DNA from: Podarcis vaucheri
Lineage: Eukaryota
Strand: one strand, 5' to 3'
Assembly (NCBI GenBank): GCA_965113315.1
Contig: OZ220379.1
DNA length: 64,000 bases
Shown here: one piece after another, positions 48,801-62,449 of the stretch
Layout of the letters: each line of letters opens with the position of its first letter
Position numbering within the stretch: position 1 is the stretch's first letter
Notes under the pieces: model-generated
Told to the model about the DNA's origin: nothing
Seen by the model: only the letters and a program-made list of their open reading frames with translations
Database searches by the model: none
Translations under genes and position numbers: made by a program

Positions 48801-51800
48801 AGTTAACTGAATAATATTACTAGTGCGTTTCTTAGAAGGCCATAACCTGGGGTTTTTTTTAATTATTCCTTCCATAACTTAATCCCAGTATATTTGGTTT
48901 AGGAATACGGCTACATGATATAAAATACTTGCTCCAGGGTTATTTGGAGGAAGCCATGTGATTTAAGGGTATGGCATGGATGTGACCTCAGTCTGCTTTA
49001 AAGCGGCAAATTAAGAGTAGGTGACCTGAAGCAAGAACTGCATATGTGCCCTGTTTCTCTTGCAAAGTCCTTCTTCAGCAGCCTGCCTCATCTCTGCTTC
49101 TTGGCCCTCCTCCTCTCCTGCCTCTGCTTCTGGACTGCTCTCTGCCCCAGCCTCTTCCTGCTCACTAAACCCTGTTACCTCTTCCGCTTCCAACACCTCC
49201 TCCTAGTCTGCTTCTTCTGATCTCTCTGAGCACTCATCGCCATCCCATCATCAGTCTCCTGGCTCTGAACCTTCTTCCCTTGGGGTTTCCCCAGCCAGTG
49301 CCTCTGCCGTCAAGCCAGGCCGTGACATCACCTTAACACCCCCTCCTGTTATTTATTCGAGTATTTGTCCAGGTTGCCAATATAGCACTGAAGTTAAGCT
49401 AAAACGCTTGTCATTATCTGGGTTGCTTTAGTTGACTTTCCCAAGTCATTGTGCTGCTTGGACACTTGATCACCAGTAGGAGTCATTGCTACCAGGAGTG
49501 TCACTTGTGTACACCAAGGTTCATGTGTACTTACACATGGATAAGAGAGGGAAATGCACACACTTCAAAGCGTCTGAGAATGACACAACTCCTTATCAGA
49601 AAAAGTACACAGAACAATAGAGGAGCAAAGGACTGGAGCCTCAGCTCTGCATATTTTAAGACTTAAGACGTGATCAGGTGAAATTTCACCTTGATTCCTG
49701 TTCTCTTCCGGCTGGAAGAAAAGTAAACCACTTTGAGGTTTTTGATTAACCAGGGAGTAAATTCCACTAAAATAAGTAAGTAAATAAAAGAGTTACTGAC
49801 AAGAGACTGGCTAGTGCTCCACAATTTCGCCCCACTATAGCCAAGGATTAGAGAACCAATGCAAAGTTAAAAGAAAAAAAAGAAGTGGGCTAAGATTTAA
49901 AGTGCTGTAGTGCAATACAGGAGGGATGGGAAACCCTTTTCAGCCCAAGAGATATATTCCTTTCTGCACAACCTTCCATGGGCCACATGTTGGGGCGGTC
50001 AGGTAGCAGGGCTAGTGGCTAAAGCAGGCACAGCAACAACTGTTATTTTTTACCTGTGTACAGTAGGCTAGAGTCTAGGCACATTTAGACACCCCTCTCT
50101 ATCCACCTAGGGAGCAGTGGGTGGCGCTGTGGGTTAAACCACAGAGCCTAGGACTTGCTGATCAGAAGGTCGGCAGTTCGAATCCCCGCAACGGGGTGAG
50201 CTCCTGTTGTTCGGTCCCAGCTCCTGCCAACCTAGCAGTTCGAAAGCACGTCGAAGTGCAAGTAGATAAATAGGTGCCACTCTGGCGGGAAGGTAAACAG
50301 CGTTTCTGTGTGCTGCTCTTGTTCGCCAGAAGCGGCTTAGTCATGCTTGCCACATGACCCAGAAACTGTACGCCGGCTCCCTCGGCCAATAAAGCGGTCA
50401 CGACTGGACCTAATGGTCAGGGGTCCCTTTACCTTTACCTTTACCTCTATCCACCAATGAGGCAAGCAAGAAGCATTAGCACTCAAGGAAGGTGCAAAGA
50501 ACGGCCAGTGAGAGGTGTGGCTGGGAAGGGGGTGTGGCTTGGGGAGATTCCCAAGGGCCAGCCAGAGGAGCCTAGAGGTTTGCTAGCCTTGCAGCAGAAC
50601 TCTCTTGCACTCATCGTGAAAGTAGCAGAGTATTGACTGAGTGGACTTACCTTGTAGAGAGTCTCCCCCAGGGCGCTGTGGTGGAGCTGCACGACCACAT
50701 AGGAATGCAGGAAGTTTGACGCAATCATGTCGGGGACAAAGGGAGTATTTTCGTCCTGGAAGACAATGGCCACAATATCGTTCCCAATGTGGCGCTTCCG
50801 CTGAAGCTGGAAGGGAACACGCAAGGGAACATGTTAAGAGGGGAGTTGGGCTTCCCAAATGCAAGCTGCCCAGCTTGGCCACTCAAGTCCACAGCACCCA
50901 CCCCAATCTTAAACTCCAATCCATTTAAACTGTCAACCCAAGTGTGGCGCTTGCCTCCTAGGTGGGTCATAAGGAAAGGGTTAAAAATGGGTGTGATGTG
51001 ATTGGCCAGTGGAAACTGATAGGAGGAGTTAGAGTGAGAGTTGGAGTTGTGTGAAAGTCAGTTGTGAGTTGGGAGTTGAAGAAGGAGGAGGGAGAATAGT
51101 CTGTGGGTTGGTTGAGTTGTGTGGTGAGAGAGTGAGAGCAATTGTTAGGTGGAGTCAGATAGATAGTTGGGATAATCAGTTTGAAGTTGTTAGGAACGAA
51201 TAAGACAGTTAAGGAACTAAGATTAAGAAACTGCCAAGAAAAATTAACTGAAACCATAAGCTTGTTCATGCCTATAAAATAAACTTGATTATTTGTTAAT
51301 GTTACCAACTGACTGGACTCCGTGTGTACCCGTGAGAAACGGGTTGGTGGCAGCGAAGAACGCAATTACAGTGGTGGCACAGGGTCAATAGACCATCAAA
51401 CGTCCGGGGACCCTGTGTGATCGCCACACCAAGCAATCCCCAGACCAGATTATGGCCTCTTCTTTCCAATCACAACTTGCTCCAACAACCTTCCCTTTGT
51501 CACATCAACCCTAAAGTAGCTACCTGTCCGTTGCCATCACTCTAGAGGCTTATTCAATATTGTGTCCTCCATAGGTCCCCACGGTACCTGTTGGGCATCT
51601 CCCTCTGTGAAGGGCAACATCGTAGAGACATGGAACATGATCTCTTTGCCCCGGAAATGTGTGTAGATAGACTCGGATCCTGTTTGACCTCTAGTAACAT
51701 CCAAGCCACCTCGGAAGCTGATCAGCATAAGGCAAGAAGGAGAAGGAGAGAGGGGAACAGGCAGAAGAAGAGATACCATGAACAACGGTAGCAGCTTTAT

Positions 51801-53371
51801 CAAAGGCAGAAATACAATTCACAGAATGAATTGTGGTAATTGGTGTGTGCAGTGGTGTGTGAAAGCGGGTAGGAGGCCTAGAATTTCCTGGTGGTGGTAC
51901 TGCCACTTCCCAGGACGAGACCAGGCAGGGCCACTGCTATCTGCTGCTATTAAGGCGATGAAAGAGTCTTTGAAGGAAAAATGGGCCAAGAAAGACAGCT
52001 TCCAAACCATTAGGTTTTTACAGCAGACGTACTCACCCACGGAAATCCTGCAACTGGATCCTGTCTCCAAGGATATCCAAAAACTCTAAGAAGCCCAGAC
52101 TCTCTTCAGTATTACTGAAGACTTCTTCCTCTGTGGTCTATATAAAAGGAAACAGAAAACTGAAGGCCACCATTTCCCATTCGAGTTCTTGACCTATCCT
52201 GGAGTCCAATAACCAGTACAGTAAAGGTCTCTTTTGCACATGTGAGTGCATATGCACAAACACACACACACACACACACAAACAAACAAACAAACAAACA
52301 AACAAACACACTCTCTCCCCTTTCCTTTCACCTTCCTAAAAAAGCCACAATCCCTGTTTGCCAGAGCGGAAGGTGTGGAGACTGTGTGTATCTTTGACAC
52401 TAGCAGAAGATAAGCTGAATAGGTTCTGAACAGATATTAGTCAGTGGTGGCCCATAGGCCATAGCCTATGGCAACCTAGGGCCCAAGGCCGCATGCGGCC
52501 CAATCACCTTCTCAATCTGGCCTGTGGATGGTCAGTGTGTTTTTACATGAGTAGACTGGGTTATTTGTGGGACATAGGAATTCTTCATTTTTCTTTTCAA
52601 AATATAGTCCGGCCCAACACATGGTCTGAGAGAAGTGGAAAAGGTTGCTGACCCCTGCCCTAAAGGGGTCCTTTCAGCAGGGACTTAAAGAGACATTTCT
52701 CAGGTGATGTCTACAGCTTGTTTTCTCCTCCCTAGTTGCTTGCATGTCACTTCCAAGTGCTCCCCTTCCCAGTTGCTGAAGCCAGAGGGAGGATTGGGGG
52801 GGGGGGAGGACAAAGGAGGGGAGATGATTAGCCAAAAAGGAGTGATGGTGTACCGGAAAGGAAGAATGGAGGATCACTGGACATGATGGAGGGGAACAAG
52901 AGGACATAAGGAAGCTCTTGCCCAGACTCCCCAAATAGCCTATGATAGAAAAGGGCATTGAGTGTGCATAAGAAAAGAGGTTTACCTGCCCAGGTTTTTG
53001 GTAGATGACTCCGAACTTGAAGTTATTGCTGATGACATGTTCATCAAATGCAACAATGAGTTGGGAAGCCTAGGAGGCGGAGAAACAGCCAGAGTTAGAA
53101 GTAATAACAGGCAGAGAAAGAGAGAGTTTGCATATGGGGCTACAGCGAGCCTACCTTGGGATAGAGCACTGGAAAGAAGCGGTCAACATTCACATCCTCA
53201 CACAGCAGCTGCAGGAGGACAAGCAAAAGATGTTAACACACTTCCAGTGCAGGGACTTGAGGCACCATTTTCACTGACACCAATTGGATGAGCCTCAGTT
53301 ATTTAACATGGCGTGAAAATTCACATTTGCAAATTTAACCTTTCAACAGTCCTGTATTTGCAAGGGATTTG

Positions 53372-53415
<44 letters not shown>

Positions 53416-56400
53416 AACTTATTTATTTTCTAGTTGATTTCATAGGCTAGTACTCAAGGATTCAAAATTGATTAAGTGGGATATAAATTTAAATTTAGGA
53501 CATAAATTTGAGACTGTTTAACTTATGCTGCCTGGAATGGGTGACTTAGCAAAATGGAACCTTTTCTTTGGACAAGTAACTGAAAGGAATCAGATTTGGT
53601 TCATCGGAGGATTACAAGGCAAAAAGAACCCAGCAACTAACAGTAAAGGTGCTAGACCTGGAACAATGTACCTTTGCCATTTGGACAGCATTGGGAAACT
53701 CATTCAGGCAAGAAATAGGAATCAAGTCGTGCTTGGTACTGGTTCGAGACCTGCAACAAACAAACAAACAAAATAAATGCTAAGGAAACCAAGCAGCAAC
53801 AACTCCAGCTTCCCTAGTACAGTGGTACCTCGGGTTACGTACGCTTCAGGTTACATACACTTCAGGTTACAGACTCTGCTAACCCAGAAATAGTACCTTG
53901 GGTTAAGAACTTTGCTTCAGGATCAGAACAGAAATCATGCAGTGGCAGCGCAGCGGCAGCAGGAGGCCCCATTAGCTAAAGTGGTGCTTCAGGTTAAGAA
54001 CAGTTTCAGGTTAAGAACAGACCTCCAGAATGAATTAAGTACTTAACCTGAGGTACCACTGTACCCCAAAGTTCACAGTACCTAAAGCCAGCAAAGTTAT
54101 TTTGGCATCTGTGACAGAAAAATCGCACCAGCCCTTCTCTACTTCCCTTACAATAAAAATACAGTAAATTAAATGGCTAATAATTCCCCACACTTTCATG
54201 ACACCCAAAATCAGCTGTCTATCAGTGGGGTAGCTTTACACCCAGAAGGGGTCTATACCCTTTGGCAACGCAGCAGGCAATTTTAATTTTATTTTGCCCA
54301 CTGAGTGGATAAATTTTAATTTATTTTATCCACGGACTTCTTTTTATAATTGTTATATATGCTGCAAATAAAGCTTGGTAATCAAGTGGTATATTAAGCA
54401 GTAATTTAAGTATTTTTTAAAAAAAATATATATTAGATTGGGTGCCCCAAATAAGACTTGTTAGCCTTCTCAAACATCAACAGTTGTGGACTTTTCCCAA
54501 AGCAAACATGAGGGAATTTCTTTTTTTTAAAGTGTGCTGGAGGCAGTGCTGGGTGGGGTGAGGAAGACAAGCACTTGCCAAATTAATAGTCAAGGGATTA
54601 TTGGCAGCACCTCCTATTTATTTTTAAATGTAATTTTGATTTGCAAACAGTTCTAAAATTCTGGTGACTTTTTTGTGTGTGTGAAAAGTTGCAAATAAGC
54701 TTAGTTAAGACAGCCATTGAGAGATAGAGAAGCACCTGAAAAGTGCAATCATTTCACAAGGTTTGAACCAAAGGGCTGTTTTACCTCAGAAGCAAGCGGA
54801 GGTTGTCTTGCTTTTCGACTTGTTCATACTTCACGGAAAGGACCAAGTAGCCCAAAGTTGTGTCATTGGCATAAAAATTATGATGTTCCTGAGGAAAAGA
54901 GATATTGGAATAAGGGATGTAGAAGCAAGAGACTCTTTTCCTCCTCTAGCAGCCACTGGGCACATGTAATATTTTGAATTCTGGACTGCCTTGAGGTAAT
55001 ATGAGAGGAGACAGGGGAAGTCCTAGTAGGCTGAATTGGGGCGGAAGGCATTGGCATGTTGCTTTGTATGTAGTAATGCAGGTGTGTGCGCTGAGGGTGT
55101 GTCATGAGTTCACTGCCTCTCTCCAGCATCACGGACACAATCTTTGAATACTGGTGGTATTTTCAGGGATATAGCTTCTGCCATTTTTATGTCATTTTTC
55201 TATTTTCCATGCTGTGTCTGTTCCCCGTCCATCCCCTTCTGAGCTGACCATACTTAGGATACAATGGATGCTCCAACATATAGAAACAAGGCTTTTGCTG
55301 CCCCCTCTTCCACAGTGATCTGTGGTTTTCATTGTACATATAATTATTGTATAAAGGTAAAGTTACCCCTGCCCGTACGGGCCAGTCGTGACCGACTCTG
55401 GGGTTGCGCGCCCATCTTGCTTAAGAGGCCGGGGGCCAGCGCTGTCCGAAGACACTTCCGGGTCACGTGGCCAGCGTGACGAAGCTGCTCTGGCGAGGCA
55501 GCGCAGCACACGGAACGCCGTTTACCTTCCCGCTATAAAGCGGTACCTATTTATCTACTTGCACTTAAGGGTGCTTTCGAACTGCTAGGTGGGCAGCAGC
55601 TGGGACCAAACAACGGGAGCTCACCCCATCGCGGGGATTCGAACCGCCAACCATACGATTGGCAAGTCCTAGGCACTGAGGTTTTACCCACAGCACCACC
55701 CGCGTCCCTAATTATTGTATACCACTTGGATATTTTAAATGAAATTAGTGTTTTTGTAAATAAATACTTTCATAAGATAGTATTTTCTGTTTGGTTCATT
55801 TTTATACTGGTTCTAAAATAGTCTGGAATAAAAGGTGTGCCCTTAAGGCACACCTAATTGATTAAAACTGATCTTCATCGATTAATTGACAAAATATTAA
55901 GTTGATCAGAAGACACCAATAATTAACAATTAAACTAGCAAATTACTGTTTTTCCGTCTATAAGACGCCCCCATGTATAAGACGCCCCCTATTTTGGGGG
56001 TCTCAGATTTAAGAAAATGGGGGAGATATATCCGTGTATAAGACACCCCCTAATTTTTGACATTATTTTTTAGGGGGGAAACCTAGACTTATACACGGAA
56101 ATAAACGGTAATTGTGATGTGTTTGGCACCATCTCTTTGTAGCTTTAGGTGATCACAGAAAATGTTCTTCTTCTACCTGGCCTTTGGCAACTGTACTCAG
56201 GTTGTTACCGTTCCCCTGGTTGAAATCTGGTTTTGTTGATATGTATGGTATTTTGCAGTGGGACTGTTTTTCTTTGTTTTGTTTTATTGTACTAGTTTTT
56301 TCTACATGTAACTCACCCTGGGACTTCAAGGAGAAGGGCAGGCAACGAATATAATAAATTTTAAAAACCTGTGTGCCCAATAAAATAATAGTATTTATTT

Positions 56401-59262
56401 ATTTTAAAATATTTTAATGACGCAATTTCATTCCAAAAAAAAAATCAAAGCACTTTACAGCAAGTGTAATACAATAAAAACCACACAGCATTAAAACAGA
56501 TCACCAGCTGACTATTATGGTAAACGTTTTCCTAGACTGTCTGCATAGCCCTGCATGCAAAAAATAAAATAAAATAAATGTTTTCAGCAAACGTTTGGAA
56601 GTTAGGGCTTTTCCACACCTCCCCTTGTCCTGTTGCTTCCCCCTGGGGAAAACCGCTCTTTAGCACTCAGTTGGAACAAATGGCAATTCGGGTTTCCCCC
56701 AGGTTCCCGTTTGTTCCAATCTATTGCTAAATAGTGCGGTTTCACTTGGAAAGTGGGCAACTTTCAAATGTGAGAACCGCTCAGACCATGCTTTCTAGGC
56801 ACAGCACAAGTGGAAGTATGGACAAGGCCATAGTTCAGAAGGTGCCTGCTGTATGTCCCCAGCAGTGGGCCACAAAGACTGAAGTTTCATCTTCATGTTG
56901 ACGTCAAATAAGCCTCACCAATTCAAGGGACAACCAGAAACACTCCTTCAGATGGGCTCAGTGATCTAGCTTAGGATATAAGGGTTCAGGTGACCCCCTT
57001 AAGGCACCCAGGACCCAAGTTGTTCAGGGCTTTGTAAATGGATACAAGGACCCTGAACCCAGCTCAGTAGCAGATGAGCAGTCAGGAGCTACAGAACTTC
57101 TCTTACCTTTCCCAGGAAGTGCTTGCGGTACAACTTGGCTGTTGGGTCACACTCCAGCTTCACTTTGCCACTGCAAGGGGATGGCAGGTCATGCAATTCT
57201 GGGCCTGAGATGGGAAGGTTGTGAGAGGTCCCTTCGATCCAATAGCCCCCAAACTGGGGTAAGATAATGAGAGGGTAGGGCCACCCTCTCCGTAACACCT
57301 GTCCAGAAAGAGAGATGTTGTAGGATCAGACACGAGCAGAGGATCAAAACAGAACAAATCTTGATCTGTTGATTTCTCTCTTTTTTATATAAAAAAAATA
57401 GTTTTTATTAAAGATTTTCTTTGTTTACAAAAGAACATGCATTGTCTCTTTTTCAGGTTGTAAACTCTTTTCTACAGATCAGTTACAAATCTTTTCTACA
57501 GATCAGTTGCATTTTCGGCACAAAAATATTAAAATGAATCCAAACTATAATTTCACATGCACACACACATCTGAAACAAAAGTAAACCTTCAAAATCAAA
57601 TTCAGATTCTATTCTGGTCAGAGTCTACCACAGAAAATGAGCTTTCCCCTGTCATCAAAAACATAGTACGAGCACCCAGAGAAGCAAATCAAATATTGAT
57701 CTTAATAGTAGGACAGGTTCAGGCGGGAAATGACAGGAACTGGTGAAGCCGTTTAAAAAATGGTAGAATGTGGTCTGGCCATCCAGTCACAGCTGCCACC
57801 TGCACTATACATTTAAAGCAGTAACATACGACTTTAAACAGTTATATGGCTTCCCCTGTAGAATCCTGAGAACAGCAGTTCCATTAAGGATGTTGCGAAT
57901 TGTTAGGAGACCCCTAGTGTAGTGTAGTGGTTAAGAGCGGTAGACTCGTAATCTGGTGAACCGGGTTCGTGTCTCTGCTCCTCCACACGCAGCTGCTGGG
58001 TGACCTTGGGCCAGTCACACTTCTCTGAAGTCTCTCAGCCCCACTCACCTCACAGAGTGTTTGTTGTGGGGGAGGAAGGGAAAGGAGATTGTTAGCAGCT
58101 TTGAGACTCTTTAGGGTAGTGATAAAGCAGGATATCAAAGCCAAACTCTTCTTCTTCTATTCCTCACAGAGAGCTACAATTCCTAGAGTGGCTTAACAAC
58201 CAATCCCTCTTCCCAGGGAACTCTAGGAATCAAAAGGAATAGGGGGTCTCCTAACAACTCTTAGTACAAAGACAAATGAAAGCTTGGAGTCATTAAATGC
58301 TGTCAGTTCAAACTAACACCTGATCCACAATTTGAGGGCGTACGTGAGCCAACCTCATTTTTTAAAAAAAACGAATAAATTTGAACTCAAATCTTGGTTG
58401 GTTTTGCTGCGACTCACCTCATGGATGCTTGGGTAAGGGATGTACTCCTCTTCTCTCTGAAAACCCAAAGAGGTCATATGGGGGTGAGGAGCTGGGGATT
58501 ATGCAAACTGCAAAGTAATGCATAGGCTTCCAACATCCTATCACATGCATCCCTGCCTCCTGAGTCCAAATACAGTGGTGCCCCGCAAGACGAATGCCTC
58601 ACAAGACGAAAAACCAGCTAGACGAAAGGGTTTTCCGTTTTTCGATGCGCTTCGCAAGACGAATTTCCCTATGGGCTTGCTTCGCAAAACGAAAAAGTCT
58701 TGCGAGTCTTGCGATTTTTTTCCCTTCCCCCCTTTTTCTAAGCCGCTAAGCCGCTAATAGCCTTTTAGCCACTAAGCCACTAAGCCTTTAATAGTCGCTA
58801 AACCACTAATAGCGCTAATCCGCTAAGCCGCTAATAGGGTTGCTTCGCAAAACGAAAAAACCGCTAGACGAAGAGACTCGCGGAACGAATTAATTTCGTC
58901 TTGCGAGGCACCACTGTAAGGATAATAATTGGGCCTCTCAGTTCTTCCACCCAAACTATATGCATTTGTGGATAATACAGTGTGTGTGTATATATATATA
59001 TATATATGCAGGTTTTGGTGTCTTCGGGTGTCTTCCCGTGTAAGAGTCGGGGTGTCTGTGCGACGTTTCGACGAGGTCTCACTCGTCATCTTCAGGCTGG
59101 TGCTTTCAGCTTCTTGTTACTGGAACAAGAAGCCGAAAGCACCAGCCTGAAGATGACGAGTGAGACCTCGTCGAAACGTCGCACAGACACCCCGACTCTT
59201 ACACGGGAAGACACCCGAAGACACCAAAACCTGCATTCCTGTACCCGTGAAAATCTACGAAA

Positions 59263-59314
<52 letters not shown>

Positions 59315-59540
59315 TGGTACCTCGCAAGACGAATGCCTCGCAAGACAAAAAACTCGCTAGACGAAAGGTTTTTCCGTTTGCGATTTGCCTCGCAAGACGA
59401 ATTTCCCTATGGGCTTGCTTCGCAAGACGAAAACGTCTTGCGACTTTGTTAAACCGTTAAAACCGTGCTTCGCAAGAGGAAAAATTCGCTAGATGGCAAA
59501 ACTTGCGGAAAGAATTAATTTCGTCTTGCGGGGCACCACT

Positions 59541-59580
<40 letters not shown>

Positions 59581-62404
59581 ATGACAGTATATATAAAAAT
59601 ATATATAAATACAGTATATGCAGGTTTTGGTGTCCAATATCCTCAGAAACCCAAAAGACAAAATCCAGCTGGAAAACCAAGGGGTCTATGAAATACCCTG
59701 CAAAGTCTGCCCAGCCACGTACATTGGACAAACAAACAGACGAATAAATGCACGTATCGCAGAACACAAGAATGCCGTCAAAAAAGAAGAAAAAACTTCC
59801 TCTCTTTTCCAACACATGAAAGAAACAGGACACGAAATTAATTTTGCAGATTCCAAATTGCTCTTTAACATGGAACATCACCACAAGAGAATAATCATGG
59901 AAGCCATCGAGATAGAGAAACACCCTCACAACATGAACAAGCGTGACGACACGTCCCGCCTGCCAGACATCTGGAAATTAGCCCTCCCCACAAAAACCGA
60001 CACCAGAACCAGAGGCACACAGAACGCCGTCACCAATCAACCACACCAGACCCAAACCCAGACCCTCTCCACAGACATATTACAGACTCCATCCAGTAGC
60101 CAAACTATAGTGGCACCTCCGGATGCTGCACCCCCCTGCAATCCCTACACAGATCTGGCTGGCACAAGGCACAAAACCACAGCTCGCCCCTATACACGAA
60201 GCCAAGCCAGAGCACAACTAAATGCAGCACAGCCATCTTCTCAGAAAAACTCTTCACAAGCTCAAGAGGTCAAGACACGAAAGCTTTAGCAACTAATCTA
60301 CACTTAATGACCCACCCAGTGGTATTCAGAATATCACTCATGAAATCACCCAAGATATCCCTCTAGTAATTAAGGAACAAAAGAAGAAAAGGCACACTAA
60401 TCTAGGAACTTCCTCTCTGCCCAGAACGTTGGAGGCTATACACCACACCCCTCAACAGTATTTATAGGAACTCAAACACCAGACTCTGCTCTGTTCCAGT
60501 AACAAGAAGCCGAAAGCACCAGCCTGAAGATGACGAGTGAGACCTCGTCGAAACGTCGCACAGACACCCCGACTCTTACACGGGAAGACACCCGAAGACA
60601 CCAAAACCTGCATATAATGACATTATATATATAATGACTATTCCCCCAGCTCCCTGTCTTCCTCATGAAAACCCTCTGGCATTAGCTCTTCCCTATCCTT
60701 GCAATTCCCATCTCTTTCGCATATATTTGTTACATTAGTTTGGCTCACCTCCTAGTCCCTTGGCTCCACAGTTGAAACCTACATAAGTGGAAGGCTGCCA
60801 TTCACTGATACAGGGACACACTCAAAGCTGCAATTCAGCTGGGAGCAAAACACAGTCCTGCTGTCTTGCTCCTGATTCCCAGCTTGATAATATATGCTTA
60901 GCCCTATCTGGGCCTCATTGATCCCTCTCTGGATGTTGGGAAACAGCTTTTTATACCATGCATTATAAAGACAATGTGAGGATCGGCTCTTACAGTTGTC
61001 ATTTTTAGTACTAAAATTCCATTGGAGGGTTCAGTCGTATAATTGCTGAACTGACCTTGAGTGGAGCTGGAAGTGAACACCTTTGCTCATCCAAACGACT
61101 TTTCTAGACAGAGAAAAAGGCAGAGTGAAACTGCACAGCCCAGTATGTCTCTCCTTTTCCCTTTCCCCTCCACCTGATGCCAATATCCCCCCTGCCAACC
61201 CGCCCACCCTTGCAACACAAGTTCAGATTTCTGCAGCTGAGAGCAAGATTCTCAACAAAGTTTTAAGCCCTACTTCTGGATATGGCCAAAGTTAAATTGC
61301 AAAAAGAGAACAGCCAGCATACCTGTTGTTGCTACTTTTTCATAATAATTAACTGTAGAATATCATCAACACAAACTGAACAAACAACTCCCTTGTTTGC
61401 AAAGCAAAAGGATTTGTGCCTTTGGCATACACACCTAGGACACACAAGCCCATTTCACCATTTACATAACAATAGTCGCTCAGTGTGTAGAAGGAGTAAT
61501 CAGAAATACAGGTGAATCTGGGAAATAATCACATCATATAATCTAAAATACTGTAAGCAGTGGGAGAATGGAGCCCCTACACCTCATTCTGTCTTATTCT
61601 GGCTGAGATCCATTGCTTTAGGAAAGGGAAAGAGCATGATGTTTTGCAACCAAAACTGCTCCCAAATGTTCCCCTCTTATCCAGGTGTCAGAATCAATCC
61701 ATGTTCTGCACAGTCCAAACATCAAGTTAAAGCCTTGCTGGATATAGAGGCATTCATACACACATCTAACTGTTTCTGTTCAAGACACCTAGACAGGTAT
61801 CAGCGTAGTTTTCCAGTCCTACCTGGTTACTCCATTTCCTTTCCTCCTCTTAGACTTGAGAGTTTAAGATTAAAAGGTAAGGTGTGTGCACCCAATTATC
61901 CAGGTAGCAAACACATTTGCCGTACACTTTTCTGATAAAAACTCTTTTAATTACATAAGTGTACCCAGACATGTGGGATGCGGGTGGCGCTGTGGGTTAA
62001 ACCACAGAGCCTAGGACTTGCCGATCAGAAGGTCGGCGGTTCGAATCCCCACGACGGGGTGAGCTCCCATTGCTCAGTCCCTGCTCCTGCCAACTTAGCA
62101 TTTCGAAAGCACGTCAAAGTGCAAGTAGATACCTTCCGGCGGGAAGGTAAACGGCGTTTCCATGCGCTGCTCTGGTTCACCAGAAGCGGCTTAGTCATGC
62201 TGGCCACATGACCCGGAAGCTGTACGCCGGCTCCCTTGGCCGATAAAGCGAGATGAACGCCACAACCCCAGAGTTGGTCACGACTGGACCTAATGGTCAG
62301 GGGGCCCCTTTACCTTTTACCCAGACATGTAAAACTGCTATGTGTTTTAATCTGTAATTTTAGCTTCTAACACACCATCGTTTTAACCTTGATCTTTTTA
62401 ACTA

Positions 62405-62449
<45 letters not shown>

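Noticed and set aside
48255-49330. Probable L1-like remnant and LTR-like low-complexity segment
   Set aside because: Too decayed to define boundaries, TSD or family from sequence alone
59618-60289. Stand-alone GIY-YIG nuclease gene
   Set aside because: The ATG comes from the 17-bp inverted pLTR end and there is no promoter or RT, so it is a truncated Penelope copy
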